DNA of 64,000 bases, taken from contig NC_085841.1 of assembly GCF_035594765.1 (NCBI RefSeq), positions 344,481,402 through 344,545,401 on the forward strand, written 5' to 3'. Position 1 is the stretch's first letter; each line of letters starts with the position of its first letter. The DNA comes from Anolis carolinensis. Lineage: Eukaryota. A program made the translations under genes and the position numbers. Positions 22,932-36,001 of the stretch are shown piece by piece. The notes beneath the pieces were generated by a model. The model saw only the letters and a list, made by a program, of their open reading frames with translations. It was not told the origin of the DNA and made no database searches.

Positions 22932-23807
22932 TGTGATGACTCATGGGCCTTGTAGTCCCGCTCCTAGTGTCCCTGTGGCAGATGAGGATGAAAACATGGG
23001 GTTTTCTCCGGATCAACAACAGCCGGAATCCTTTCAGATGCCTGATGTTGATGTTCTCGCCCCAGAACCAATTAAGACAGACCTTGAACAGCTCTCACCT
23101 CCCTTCGCTAGGAGACAGTCCTTTGCTGCAGACAGGGGAGTGAAAGAGCGGGTTTGCAGGAGCTTGAGAATTGCAGCCAAACAAGACACTGATTAGCCAT
23201 GTTTCCCCTGGGAAAATCCAGGGAGTCTCACATCTGGAGAAAGCTGGGTTTCCCGTTCTCTAGGGAAAGAGAACGCTGGACACCTGCTTGGCGGGAAAAC
23301 GAGACCCAGATATAGGTGCCTGGCACGGTTGGTCCGGTGCGGAGTCAACAGAGCAACTTCAGGAGTGAATTGGTGTTTCCAGCCTAGTGTGGACTTCGCA
23401 AGTCCGCAACCCCAGCTTCCTTGCCTTGCCGATCCAAGTATTCAAGAACTGCCTTGTCCTTCCAAGTATTCAAGAATTGCCTCGCTTTACTCCAGCCACG
23501 GACCTTGTTCCAAGAATCAAGTCTTGCCCTTGTACCTTGTTGTGGATTTTTACCTTGGACCCTGAAAGACCCTGGACGTTTCCCCGCACTATTGCTTGGC
23601 AATAGTGTGTGTTTCGGTTTGGGATTTAACTTTGAACTCTAATATCAATTATTGGACTAAACATTTTTGGACAATATTTGACCTCATTGGATAGGTCTGC
23701 TTCTGAACTATATTTTCTACTTGTTTTTATTATTCTTATATATTTCCTTAATAAAGATATTAGATAGTTATTGGCCTCCGTGGTGCTCCGTTGCCTAGGG
23801 CGTGACA
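22932..23807 (+). mobile_element. Solo LTR of a Ty3/Gypsy chromovirus (876 bp)
   Basis: TG...CA ends (TGTGATGA...CGTGACA), perfect 5-bp TSD TCATA, AATAAA at 23750-23755; homologous to the LTR at 61306-62278. Confidence 0.95.
22933..23196 (+). pseudogene. 87-codon open frame in the solo LTR, homologous to the pol C-terminal tail
   Basis: HGPCSPA, DEDEN.GF, SP.F.RR and RS.RIAAK shared with the end of ORF 61984-63921. Confidence 0.8.
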
Positions 23808-23849
23808 TCATATTAGCCTGGAGCAGCAGAAGACAAACACTTTAATATA

Positions 23850-24264
23850 ATCATAGAGTTGGAAGAGATCTCATGGGCCATCCAGTCCAACCCGCTTCCA
23901 AGAAGTAGGAAAATTGCATTCAAAGCACCCCCGACAGATGGCCATCCAGCCTCTGTTTAAAAGCCTCCAAAGAAGGAGCCTCCACCGCAGTCCGGGGCAG
24001 AGAGTTCCACTGCCAAACAGCTCTCACAGTGAGGAAGTTCTTTCTAATGTTCAGGTGGAATCTCCTTTCCTGTAGTTTGAAGCCATTGTTCTGCGTCCTA
24101 GTCTCCAGGGCAGCAGCAAACAAGCTTGCTCCCTCCTCCCTACGACTTCCCCTCACATATTTATACATGGCCATCATGTCTCCTCTCAGCCTTTACTTCT
24201 GCTGGCTAAACATGCCCAGCTCTTTAAGCCACTCATCATAGGGCTTGTTCTCTAAACCCTTGAT
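23850..24264 (-). mobile_element. CR1 LINE 3' fragment
   Basis: ORF 23920-24177 (GFKLQERRFHLNIRKNFLTVRAV.QWNSLP...FKQRLD) is the CR1 ORF2 C-terminus; atcataga tail. Confidence 0.95.
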
Positions 24265-24360
24265 CTACAGAAATCCCAGGGATCTCCCTGATAGCCAGTG
24301 AACCCCTCCAGTTTTTAATCTGAACTTTAAAGGTGATAGGCAACCTCTTGGGGCATAGGC

Positions 24361-24486
24361 TGGATCTGCACTGCCATACAATCCAGATTACAAAAGCAGA
24401 TAATCTGGATTATATGAATCTAGACTGTCATATAATCCAGTTCTAAGCAGAGAATATGGATTTTATATGACACTGTATATGGGGCC
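24361..24486. mobile_element. Harbinger-type MITE
   Basis: tggatctgcactgccata...atccag repeats...ggggcc. Confidence 0.7.
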
Positions 24487-24563
24487 TTTCAAATAAACTC
24501 AGGACTTGGATACCTTCTTTAAAGTTCCTTTACAGTATTCTAAATCTCAGGGCATATTTATTG

Positions 24564-24697
24564 CAGAGTTTCTCAAACTGTGTTCTTCCCGATGTTTTGG
24601 ACTTCAGCTCCCACACTTCTTAACGGCTGGTAAGCTGTCTGGGAATTCTGGGAGTTGAAGTCCAAAACACCTGGAGAAGCACAGTTTGAGAAACAAA
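24564..24697. mobile_element. hAT MITE (variant of the 135-bp family)
   Basis: TIRs gtttctcaaactgtg/cacagtttgagaaac. Confidence 0.8.
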
Positions 24698-25147
24698 GAG
24701 TTATTGCTTCACTATGGGTGGGGCTACAGGAACAAGAAGAGATTAATCTTGAATCTAACTTTGGCTGTCCCCATGATTTAAAGTGTCTTCCAGTGAATAT
24801 ACCGTACCAGTTTTTCTGTCTTTATCTGACTTTGCATTGTTTTGAGCAAAAATGGGGGATGTTCTGGAGTTTGCAGAAATTCCAGAGTATCTGAGAGCTT
24901 TGTGGCAGTCTGGATGGCTCAATTAGATCTGATTTGCCCTGATCTCCTGATCAAGTGGACACTGCTGCCATCACCCTTTCCCTGTGCTAATCAGCACAGG
25001 GGAAGAGAATGGCTCACTGTTGCTGCTTCCTGCTGGTCATGAATCTCCACACGAGTGCCTGACAGTCATGGTCACATCTGCTGATATTAGATTGGGGCAC
25101 CTATGTGACCACCAAGAAGAAGAATAAGGTGATTGTAGGGTTGATGA

Positions 25148-25451
25148 GGAGCCCCTGGTGGCGCAGCCAGCTAAACCGCTGAAAGATCGGTGGTTCAAAT
25201 CTGTGGAGCAGGGTGAGCTCCCGCTGTTAGCCCTAGCTTCTGCCAAACTAGCAGTTTGAAAATATGCAAATGTGAGTAGATCAATAGGTACCGCTCCAGC
25301 GGGAAAGTAACGACAGTCCATGCAGTCATGCTGGCCACATGACCTTGGAGCTGTCTATGGACAACACTGGGTTTTCAGCTTAGAAATGGAGATGAGCACC
25401 AACCCCCAGAGTTGGACATGACCTAATGCCAGGGGAAAACCATTACCTTTA
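25148..25451 (+). mobile_element. Sauria SINE
   Basis: Full head and tail; TSD TAGGGTTGATG/TAGGTTTGATG. Confidence 0.94.
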
Positions 25452-25524
25452 ACTAGGTTTGATGTGGTGTTGGCCCATTTGGATGCCAATATGGTGCTAT
25501 TTTAGGTCTGGTAGGGTTCATCTG

Positions 25525-25815
25525 GCTATTTCTAGTACCAGTTGGTGGTTACCTTTTCACTGGCTGCCCCAAGACTGTGAAATGACCAGCTAAATCAGTT
25601 GTCATAATTGAAGGCACAACTAAAAACCTATCTCTTCCAGTAGGCCTACCCAGTCAATTTTAATTTGTGAATTTTATCCTGCATTTTATTGATAAATTTC
25701 AATTCGCATTTCATTTGTGTGTATTCATACGTATTTTAATAGTATTTTGTTTTACCTTGCTGGTTTAAAGATGTTTTACCCCATCTTGAGTTGCAAGGAG
25801 AGATAGGATAACAAC
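25525..25815 (+). mobile_element. L2 LINE 3' fragment
   Basis: aaggcacaactaaaaacctatctcttccagtaggcctac (K..LKT.LF..AY remnant) plus T-rich UTR. Confidence 0.65.
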
Positions 25816-25852
25816 AAAAACAACAATAGCAACCACCACCACCACCATCTTA

Positions 25853-26078
25853 GGGTATGTCTACACTGAACACTTAAGATTATAGCACTATACCACTTTA
25901 ACTGTTATGGTTCCATCCTGCGAAATCCTGGGATTTGTAGTTTTTAGGAGCACTAGAAGTCACTGTCTGAGAATTCTAAATGCTCCTCTCTAAACTACAA
26001 ATCCTAGAACTTCGTAGGATGTAGCCACAGCAATTAAAGTGTAACCATGGCCCTATCTGTATAGTGTGAAAGGATCCA
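25853..26078. mobile_element. Harbinger-type palindromic MITE
   Basis: ccactttaactg...gggatttgtagttt...aaactacaaatcc...aattaaagtg palindrome. Confidence 0.7.
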
Positions 26079-26133
26079 TAGCCTCTGGGAACACAGGCAG
26101 TGGAAAAGTATAATATATTATGAAATAATGTCT

Positions 26134-26446
26134 GGAGCCTCGGAGGCGAAGTGCATTAAAGCACTGAGCTGGAGACTGAAAGGTCCCAGGTTCAATCCCC
26201 AGGAGCGGCATGAGCGGCCGCTGTTAGCTCCAGCTCCTGCCAACCTAGCAGTTTGAAAACATGCCAATGTGAGTAGATCAATAGGTACCGCTCCAACGGG
26301 AAGGTAACGGCACTCCATGCAGTCATGCCGGCCACATGACCTTGGAGGTGTCTATGGACAATGCTGGCTCTTCGGCTTAGAAATGGAGATAAGCACCAAC
26401 CCCCAGAGTCAGACATGACTGGACTTAACGTCAGGGGAAAACCTTT
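26134..26446 (+). mobile_element. Sauria SINE, full length
   Basis: TSD TAATGTCTGG/TAATGTTTGG. Confidence 0.95.
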
Positions 26447-27806
26447 TTTAATGTTTGGCTATCTCATCAGATCAGACAGCAATATTTTGGCAATATTTGG
26501 GACTACAACTCTCAGAAAGGAACTGTGAACCAAAAAAGTAACATCTACCAGCTCCATCCCCTTTCAACTTCAGTTCAACCTCTGAACTAAAATTCCTCCT
26601 TACCCTGAACCCATGGTTATAGTGTTTAGACTTCAAATCTACACCCATGCACTGAAGACAGTGAATATCACTTCTGAATAAACATTTTATTGTTTTCCGA
26701 AAAAAGAGTTAACAAGGGGAGGGGAAAAACCAATGCAGGTAATCCCTTAATGTTGCCGTCCTCTGTGGATGCATATACATGTGTGGTTCATATTTGATTT
26801 TGATAGCAGCCTTAGACTTTTACCGATAAAGAATGATTTATATGTTTTAGATAAACATGTACAATAAAGTTTTATATACTTTTATTTCCTATTTTCATTC
26901 ACGCACGTTCCTGTGCCTCACATCTTCATCTGTTTTGAAGGAAAACACTTCTGTTTTTAACAAAGGAAGAACATGCAAGAAAAAGGGGGCTAAAATAAAA
27001 TAACATCCATGCAAAAGACTGGGATTAAAATGAATCCTGAGGAACATGTTGGAATGGATGGGAGAGGGTAGAAAAAGAGACAATGAAACAAAGCAAATCA
27101 GGCTTCGTGCAAAACATTATTTTTTCTACCCACCCCATCACCTGAATGTGCTGCTTAAAATGTACTTGACACATTATGCTATCTGTGTGCGTTACAATGC
27201 GAAGTTGCTCTTTACCTTGGAGGTGACATAAATTCAGCGTGATAATACACAGACTGCCAAGGCTAACACTTATTTAAATGCTGGCCTAATTGTAGCATGC
27301 AAGCCACGTACATTAATGGCATGTAAATCGTTCGTATGCCAGAGGTGTCACAACCTTTTTTCTCCCTACCTTCTCCCCACCCGTTTATCCAATGGTGTCA
27401 AACTTTTGTTTCCTTCTTGGAATCAATGCTGTTTTCAGTGTTCAAGATCTTTCATTGTTTGCGCTGGGGCCCACGGTCCCTGCAGCTAATCGCCTTTCAA
27501 AACGACTATTGTTATGTTGCTGTTTGCCTGTGAAAACGCCACACAATAGCAAGCAGTCTGTACAGAGAGGAAAATGCATATATAGTTGAATATTTATCTG
27601 GACACTTAAGAAAGGGTTGCAATGGGAAAGAGATAAATGATATTGCGAGACAATACTGGAGTCAGAAAGGAAGAACATACAGCCAAAGGAAAACAAGCAG
27701 ACAAGGTTTTATAACGCGGACAGTGATGACATAAAGCATGTCCAGATTAAAGTCTGCTTTAAGTTATTTAAAAATTATGAGGAAGTCCACTGGTATTATA
27801 AACCAG

Positions 27807-28840
27807 CTACTTAGTCATCATAGGCTATCACTCGTGGCCAAGTATTATTGTCTTCCAAGGGTAGGGTCTTGGCGGTGGGTCCATAATTGGCTGTAGAGAT
27901 CTATTCTGGAACCTCATGGTCTTTCATAGTGAGGACATACATTTCCAGATGGAAGACAGCCCTGACAAGGGGTTGCTTAACATGCCTTTCTCTCTGTATG
28001 TTTCTCCCTTTCACCCCGTCCCTCCTTTCACGCCTCTTCAAAATCCACAGCATTGTTGGTAATAGCTGACTTCCAGTTAGAACATGCAAAAGCCAGGGCT
28101 TTCCAATTCTCTGTGTTCATTCCAATTTTTAAATCTCTTTTGCTGTCCACCGACATGCTGTTCTTGGTTCTTGAGCTGAGAGTAAAGTAACTGCTTTGGG
28201 AGACAATGAATGGGCATTCAGACAATGAGGCCAGTCCAGCGAAGTTGATAATAGAGAATCATGGCTTCAGTGCTGGTGGTCTTTGCTTCTTCCAGAACGC
28301 TGATATTTGTCTGCCTGTCTTGAAGGATTTTTCAAAGTCAACATTGATGGAATCATTCCAGAAGCCGAGAGTGACATTTTAAGATAGTCCATGTTTCTCA
28401 GGCATACAATAGAGTTGGAAGGAGAATAGCTTTATAAACAAGCATCTTGATGTCACTACAATTGTCCCAATCCTCAAACACTCTCCGCTTCATTCAAAAA
28501 AATTTGCTGCATTCACAGAGCTCAGTCAGTGTTGCATTTTAGCATTGGTGTTGAATTTTGTGGAGAGGTGACTGCCTAGGTAGTGGAAATTGTCAACATT
28601 TTCTAGTGTTGCATTATTAAGCTTTATATGTGGCATAGAAGAGGGTTTGGTTGGTGCCTGCTGGTAGAACATTTTGGTTTTCTTGATGTTCAGTGAGAGG
28701 CCAAGCTTTTCATATGCTTGCGAAGGTATTTAAAGTGGTTTGTCAGTCTTCCTCTGAATGAGCATAGACTACATTATCGTCAGCATACTAGAGTTCTATA
28801 ACATACGTTTTTGTGACCTTACTTTTGACTTTCAGCCTGC
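27807..28840 (-). mobile_element. RTE-clade LINE (RTE-1-like), 5'-truncated and decayed
   Basis: YADDN on the minus strand near 28772-28787; C-terminal remnant TENWKALA...W..A...FEEA. Confidence 0.85.
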
Positions 28841-28842
28841 AA

Positions 28843-28990
28843 TTGAATCATGGGAGTTGTAGCTTTGCAAGAGCTTTCTCCTTCTCTGCCAAAGAGTGCT
28901 GGTACTACAGTTCCAGTGTTTCTGTAGCATTGAACCATGGCAGTCAAAGTGGTGTCAAACTGCATGAATTTGACAGTGTAGATTCACTCC
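28843..28990. mobile_element. Harbinger-type MITE fragment
   Basis: gaatcatgggagttgtag...ccatggcagtcaaagtggtgtcaaactgcat...gtgtagat. Confidence 0.7.
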
Positions 28991-29373
28991 TCAATAACAT
29001 ATCTTAGCCCGTATCCCATCCATCTTAAGAGCAAGCTGTGAAATCAGATGAAGAAGTGTGTTCAGCTTTAGATCAGGGCATAAGAAACATGACTTTTCTA
29101 ATTCTTTCCTAACAATGAGCAAGGCTGTGACAAGAACTTACAACAGAGATTCTGCTTCTGACTGATAAAGCCTTGTTCTCTGTTGCAGAGTGATCCTATT
29201 CCCTGGAAGACAAATGCCAAAATTTTTGGCTTACATGGTGAAAGCAGCCTCTTTGCCATTTATCAATAAAACTCTGTCCAATAGTCCATAAACAAGAGCA
29301 GGAAGATTAGCCAAGATACTCACAACAGCTTTTATCTCTTTCACAGAAAGATTTAAGGGCACATCTTCCAGTC

Positions 29374-29990
29374 ATAGAATCATAGAATAATAGAGTTGAT
29401 CCTGTCCTCTAGAGTATTAACTATCCCTCCTAATTTGGTGTCATCTGCAAACTTGATAAGCATGCCCTCTAAACCTTCATCCAAGTTATTAATAAAGATG
29501 TTGAAAAGAACTGGACCTAGGACTGAACCCTCAGGCACTCCACTAGTCACTTCTTTCCAGGATGAAGAAGAACCATTGGTGATCACCCTTTGGGTTTGGT
29601 TGCTTAGCCAACCTACCTAATAGTAGTATTACCTAGCCCACATTTGACTAGTTTTCTTGCAAGAAGGTCATGGGGACTTTCTTGAACACCTTACTGAAAT
29701 CAATATATGCTATGTCCACAATATTCCCTGCATCTACCATGCTTGTAACTCTATCGAAAAAAGAGTCTAGCATGACCTGCTTTTGAGTAATCACAGCATT
29801 CCTTCTAAGTGATTGCAGACTGCCTCCTTAATTATTTGCTCCAGAATCTTTTCTGGTATTGATGTCAGGCTGACTGGATGGTAATTGTTTGGGACCTCGT
29901 TTTTTCCCTTCTTGAAGATAGGGACAACATTTGTCCTCCTCCAGTCTGCTGGAACTTGTCCTGTTCTCCAAGAATTCTCAATTATTATTG
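29374..29990 (-). mobile_element. CR1 LINE with an internal deletion (RT core joined to the 3' tail)
   Basis: [25 protein letters not shown]...[10 protein letters not shown]; tail atagaatcataga; TSD CCAGTC at 29368-29373 and 29991-29996. Confidence 0.92.
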
Positions 29991-31670
29991 CCAGTCCTTG
30001 CTCACCAACTCCTTTCCTTTTCTCTCTTTGTCTACCTTTTCAATCTCCCCCCCCCCCTCTTTGCCCCACATTTCACATATACCTCCCTCACACTTACTCA
30101 GCAGCTTGTCGCCTTTGTGCCTTGAGTCTCTGCTTGCCTATCTCTTAGTTGAAGTAAGAGTATGTTTTCTTTTGCTTAAGGGTGGTTCCCCCCTCTTTCC
30201 TCACACTCTTATTCCACTTGTTGGGATGGTGGGCAGAAACATCATTTTTTGTCCCAATCAAAAGCTGAACAGACCTCCTGAGTTTTACAGCAAGACTATA
30301 AAGTATTATTGAATACAGATTAGTTACATATATGTTATTACACTACTGAATACAAGATGATGATTGCTGGAATGCATTATTGGATTTATAAACATGTAAC
30401 ATAAAGTTATGCATTCATAACTAATTCATATTCAGGATCCCTGAGTATTCAATAGTGTAAGAAATATATAGAGTTAATAAAATTTCCCTAATTCTGATTT
30501 ACCAGGCAGCAGACATCATGAGCAATGTGGCTCTGTTCTCCTGTTGACTGAGATGTAGCAAACTGTGGTTTCTTCCCCACTAACACCAGGAATCTCTGGT
30601 GTGAGGAGGAATTTCAACAGGGATCATGCTTCTGATTGTTACAACAGAAATAACTGGTTGGAGGGGATGGATATCTCAGTCTGCTATTCTTGATTGAAAG
30701 GAGAGCAGAACCCTACCACCCACAGTGGCTGCTGTCCCATAAGTCAGGACTGGAGGGCAACTGTTCCAGGAAATGTGACTCAGTTAACTATATTTAACTA
30801 AATAGGTGACCTAGAATCTCAGCCAATATTCTTCTACTATTGTATCATTGCAATATTGATATACTACAATTTGTTTCAAAGCATGCAAATTTGTAAATTG
30901 AAATTACAAAACAAGTGGACATATGAAAGAGAGACGAGAAGTGCAGCAGAATGAGAAAATTTTCAGCTCAAGAAAATGAGAGAAAATGATGGCTGCGCTA
31001 TGAGTGAGGAAAGTCCAGGTTTTAGGAGAGGTATCTCCTGCAGTGCCAAAATTGAGGAAGTGCATCAGCAGAGAGGATCAAAAAAAGAGAGAACTCTGAT
31101 TAGCAGAAAAATTGCATATGCTAATTTATATGCCTTGATTTAGAAATAATTACTATAATTTAGAATTATCATTTAGAATTAATTGCTATGATTTAAATAG
31201 AAAAAAGAAGACTTCACCCCATAGTCAGAAAGGCTACGACTGGGTGACCTTTTGTAGTCACGGTGCCAATTGTTAAGTGACAACCCCAAAGCCTCTGTTT
31301 ACTCTTCTTATGTGTTTTCCCCATCTAAACTGGACACTGTCTGGACAGGCTGTCCAATAGCAGAGACCTTCAAAGAGAGGACTGTCTTCTGATGACATTT
31401 CATTTGAAGGCTGCACCCTGAAAAATAGGATCCATTGCCACTCTGATCTTCACTAGTTTTCTTCAAGCATGCATCGTATCAAGGGATTCTAAGGTTGGTG
31501 ATTCTGCTGTCTCCAAGGGCCTGTATTTTACAGACATATTAGGTGTGGATATCTGTGACAGAGAGCTGTTGGAAAGCCTACAGACATATTAATCTTTATA
31601 CGGCTACAGGCATGCAGAAAAACCATGCCTCTTCATAATTAAGGTTGTAAAAGGTTTGAGATCTGCTAGA

Positions 31671-31736
31671 CAGTGGTTCTCAACTTGTAGGTCCCCAGGT
31701 GTTTTGGCTTACAACTCCCAAAAATATCAGCCAGTT
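31671..31736. mobile_element. Half of a 135-bp hAT MITE
   Basis: cagtggttctcaacttgtaggtccccagg. Confidence 0.75.
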
Positions 31737-32099
31737 GAATTGACTCATGTTTCAATTGCAAACTTGGATATAATGGGAGTGAGGTAACCAGATGAGTAAA
31801 AGAGTGCATTCAGGTTAGGTTCCTGGGCAGCAAGTTTATGGTTTGGAATGAATCAGGCTTTACCAGTGACTCTGTAACATCAAAGCAGGAAGGTAACTTT
31901 TGTGAACTGAGGCTTAAAAGGTATAGGTTAAATTCAGAACTTGTGCTGAAAGATTGGGGGTATACTCATGTTACACAATTGTTGCACTTTCATACCAACT
32001 TAACTGCCATAGCTTCATCTTAAGGACTGAAGCCTGGGATTAATTGTTTCTTTGAGCACTTAGATTTCTGTAGTGCATGCATTCCCTTCAAATGCAGTA

Positions 32100-32711
32100 C
32101 AGGTTGAGCATCCCTTATCTGGAATTTTGAAATTCAAAATACAGTAGAGTCTCACTTATCCAGCATAAACAGGCTGGCAGAATGTTGGATAAGCAAATAT
32201 GTTGGATAATAAGGATGCATTAAGGAAAAGCCTATTTAAACATCAAATTAGGTTATGATTTTACAAATTAAGCACCAAAACATCATGTTATACAACAAAT
32301 TTGACAGAAAAAGTAGTTCAATACGCAGTAATGCTATGTAGTAATTACTGTATTTACGAATTTAGCACCAAAATATCACGATGTATTGAAAACATTGACT
32401 ACAAAAATGCGTTGGATAATCCAGAATGTTGGATAAGTGAGACTCTACTGTACTCCAAAATCTAAAATTGGCCACTTGGGTGGCTGTGATTGTGACACCT
32501 TTGTTTTGTGATGGTTCACTGTACACAAACTTTGGTTCATGCACAAAATAATAAAAATATGTATAAATGCATTGTATGTTTAAACTTGGGTCCCATTTCC
32601 AAGACATTTCAATATGTACATATGTGCAAATACAGGTGTTCCATTTTTAAAAAAATAAAAAAATACATCTAGTTCCACTCCCTAGCACTGGATGGCGGAA
32701 ATATAACCTGT
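32100..32711. mobile_element. Old Tigger/MER46-like element split by a younger MITE
   Basis: TA followed by caggttgagcatcccttatc left end; degenerate ...aacctg plus TA right end. Confidence 0.65.
32142..32450. mobile_element. Tc1/mariner MITE
   Basis: TIRs CAGTAGAGTCTCACTTATCCA/TGGATAAGTGAGACTCTACTG; TA TSD on both sides. Confidence 0.95.
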
Positions 32712-32787
32712 ATTGGAGTTCTGTGGCTGGGAAGTCAAAGTAGGGTGGAGACATGTGAGAAAAAGCTGTGCTAAAGTTCTGTTAATG

Positions 32788-32922
32788 CAGTGGTTCTCAA
32801 CCTGTGTGTCCCTAAGTGTTTTGCCCTACAACACCCAGAAATCCCAGCCAATTTACCAGCTGTTAGGATTTCTGGAAGTTGAAGGGCAAAACATCTGGGG
32901 GGACACAGGTTGAGAACCACTG
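32788..32922. mobile_element. 135-bp hAT MITE
   Basis: TIRs CAGTGGTTCTCAACCTGTG; TSD TGTTAATG/TATTAGTG. Confidence 0.9.
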
Positions 32923-34102
32923 TATTAGTGTATGATGGGATTCATCCTAGCTTCATGTGGTTCCTTCTCCTAGTGCAGTTGCCTGTCAAAGTATGCCCAC
33001 CAGCTATCTCTCCCCACAATAGATTCAGTACCATGAATAACTCCTTGAATGTTAACTCTACACCCAGTGCAAATTCATCATTCCACTATCATGGGAGCCA
33101 TCAAGCAGCATGGAGCTTTCCTTTCCCCAGATTGTTTACTCTGCCTCTTCTGCAGTGGAACTGACACACACCTTTGCTTTTTCATTTTTAAGGAAAGAGT
33201 CTCTCCCTTTTTAACATTTTGCTTCAATCAGAAATTTAGCCATGAGACTGAAGAAAGACAAGAGGACTTGTGAAACAGTGAGAGATGTGAAGTCACCTTG
33301 AGGACTATACTTAGATCCCTGCCATTTCAAAGATATTCCAAAATCTAAAAACAATCAAAAATCCAAAACTTCTGGTTCCAAGCATTTCAGATGAAGAGGA
33401 CTCAACCTGTATATCTTTGAATATCAGATTCTAGCAAACATCAAATATCTATGACCTTTATGCTTCTAAGCAAATCTAGATGGTAACTGTTGGAAACAGG
33501 ATGATAGACTGAACAGCTTTTGCTTTGGTTCAGAACTGGTTTCATCATCTTCTGTTGTATAGGAATAGTTTCATGCAGTAAAAGTGTGGGTGATGGAATC
33601 CCCTAGGTTGAATGGATAAGCATGAACTCCTCACACCCTCCTTAGTTGCCCACTTATGATTTAATGGATGCTGGAACTTTGGTCCCTTTAATATTCTCCA
33701 TTATACGTCTTTGGAAGTAAACATTGTATATTGATGTCCATATTCTTACAAGCCAGATTTATCAGTTTGGGAATAATCACCCATCAATTGGCCTTTCATA
33801 GAAACTTGTTTGAACAATTTCCATGTGGCATTTATTGACACTACAGGAAACATGACGGATCAAGCAGTGAGCAGCCAGACACAATGTTAGAAAGTTTTGA
33901 TATTATGACGCCCGGAGCCTGTTCAACAAGTTTTGCGTGTGCACGCAAGGCTTTCTAATTGGGCTCCGGTATTAAGACAGTGCATCTCTTTAAGTTTTCA
34001 TGTGGAAGTATGAGCTTTGGAATGACAGGATATCAAAGTGAAAATTAATGTCCGCCACTTGTATATTGCCTAGACGTTACTTTAGAGAGAAAAACAACAG
34101 GA

Positions 34103-34330
34103 NNNNNNNNNNNNNNNNNNNNNNNNNNNNNNNNNNNNNNNNNNNNNNNNNNNNNNNNNNNNNNNNNNNNNNNNNNNNNNNNNNNNNNNNNNNNNNNNNN
34201 NNNNNNNNNNNNNNNNNNNNNNNNNNNNNNNNNNNNNNNNNNNNNNNNNNNNNNNNNNNNNNNNNNNNNNNNNNNNNNNNNNNNNNNNNNNNNNNNNNNN
34301 NNNNNNNNNNNNNNNNNNNNNNNNNNNNNN
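34103..34330. other. N-block (228 bp)
   Basis: Directly visible. Confidence 0.98.
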
Positions 34331-34989
34331 TTTTGTTAGTCAGCTGTTGTGAGGGATGCACGAGGGCATCGTGGGTAGAGATTAAACTTGACCTTTCCCA
34401 GGCTCTTCATTTTTGACCCTCCGGCTAGGTTTTGCCCGTCAGATGTCCATTTTTAAGGGGAGAAAAGCAGAAACATAGGGTCAGGAAAGAAACAAAAGCA
34501 CTGTTCCCTTTCGCTCATTTTTAAAAACCCTCCTTTAAAAAAACCTCCAGCCCCTTCCTTTTAAATAGAACAGACAAGCTTCAGTATGAATTCTCGGCTA
34601 GCTATAAAATGTCTGCTTTATTTGCTTTTTTTGTATGGCATGCACTTTAGGGTAAATTACCTCTGGAAAACAATATTAGTCAAAGGGCAATACATCTTTT
34701 TAAAATGACCTGGGAACAGAGTTTTGTAAACTGGATTGTAAGATAATTTATATACTAGATATGGAATTTATGCAAAAAATTGAAATGTTTTGCTTTTTTA
34801 AAACCACATTAGAAATTATAGCCAGATGATTAATTAAAAAATATAAAAAAGCTGCAATTAACATTGTGGCCACTCCATTATAAGTGGTTGGTGTAAGCAT
34901 TTGGACATGTCTGACTCCAGGATTTTAGAGGTGTTAGCAATATCCTTGGTTTCAAAGAATGGTTCTAGCATTGGCAGTTCCTACTAAGT

Positions 34990-35124
34990 CAGTGGTTCTC
35001 AACCTGTGGCTCCCTAGATGTTTTGGCCATCAACTTCCACAAATCCTAACTACTGGCAAGCTGGCTGGGATTTCTGGGAGTTGTAGGCCAAAACACCTGG
35101 GGACCCACAGGTTGAGAACCACTG
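34990..35124. mobile_element. 135-bp hAT MITE
   Basis: TIRs CAGTGGTTCTCAACCTGTGG. Confidence 0.92.
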
Positions 35125-36001
35125 TGATAAAGTAAGTTCAGGATAAGTAGTCTTCCCCCTATTCCATTACCAAATGTTCCCTCCTTCTTCACCTTCCCAA
35201 AATGTATACAGCATAGGTTCTGACAATTAAATGTGTTTAAGAGTTTTGTTCTATGTTTTACAAAATATTTGTTTACTTATTTTTTTAACTTTTGTAAATT
35301 AATATGATTGTTTGATCTTTTAAAAATATTGTAAATTGTCTTCAATCCCATCTTGGGAGACAGTTGAGATAAATATGTAGTAAACTAAGTAGCTAATAGT
35401 GTGTCATTTATATATTGGTGGTGGAATGTGGTGATCAGATGCAGAATTAAAACATGTGCTATATTGTGGCAATGTAGGCAGGGCAACCTTCAGATGTGCA
35501 TGAATGGGACAAAGTGAGGACATTTCTCATCAAATAAGAATTCTGTCCCTCCCATGATTTTTTTCTACAGTTTCAAATTTATGCCATTGTAGAAACACTG
35601 AACATTATATTCACACCTAAAACTCTTCTATTGGCTGTGGTTCTTCCCCCGGCCTTCTGTTTTCATTGGATGCCAAAATGTTCAACAGAAGTTTTACATT
35701 ACGTGAATGCTATAAATGTGGAGACTGAAGGAAATTTCAGTGGGAGGATTCTTGCTGTGGAGTAGTAAAATGCTTATTTTGCACATGCATAGTCATAGCT
35801 ATACCTGTGGGGTTTTCAAGATACACATGGGGATCCAATTTTTAACGTTTCTCTCCTACTGTTCAAGTCAGTTGAAAAGAAAAGTCTTGCTATGATCTGG
35901 GGTTGGTGAAATGTCCCACTATCAAGAGGGGCGTGGCTGTGGTCTACAAGAGCACTCGGCATGACATATGTTCATCCCCTGTGTAATATATGACATATAT
36001 A

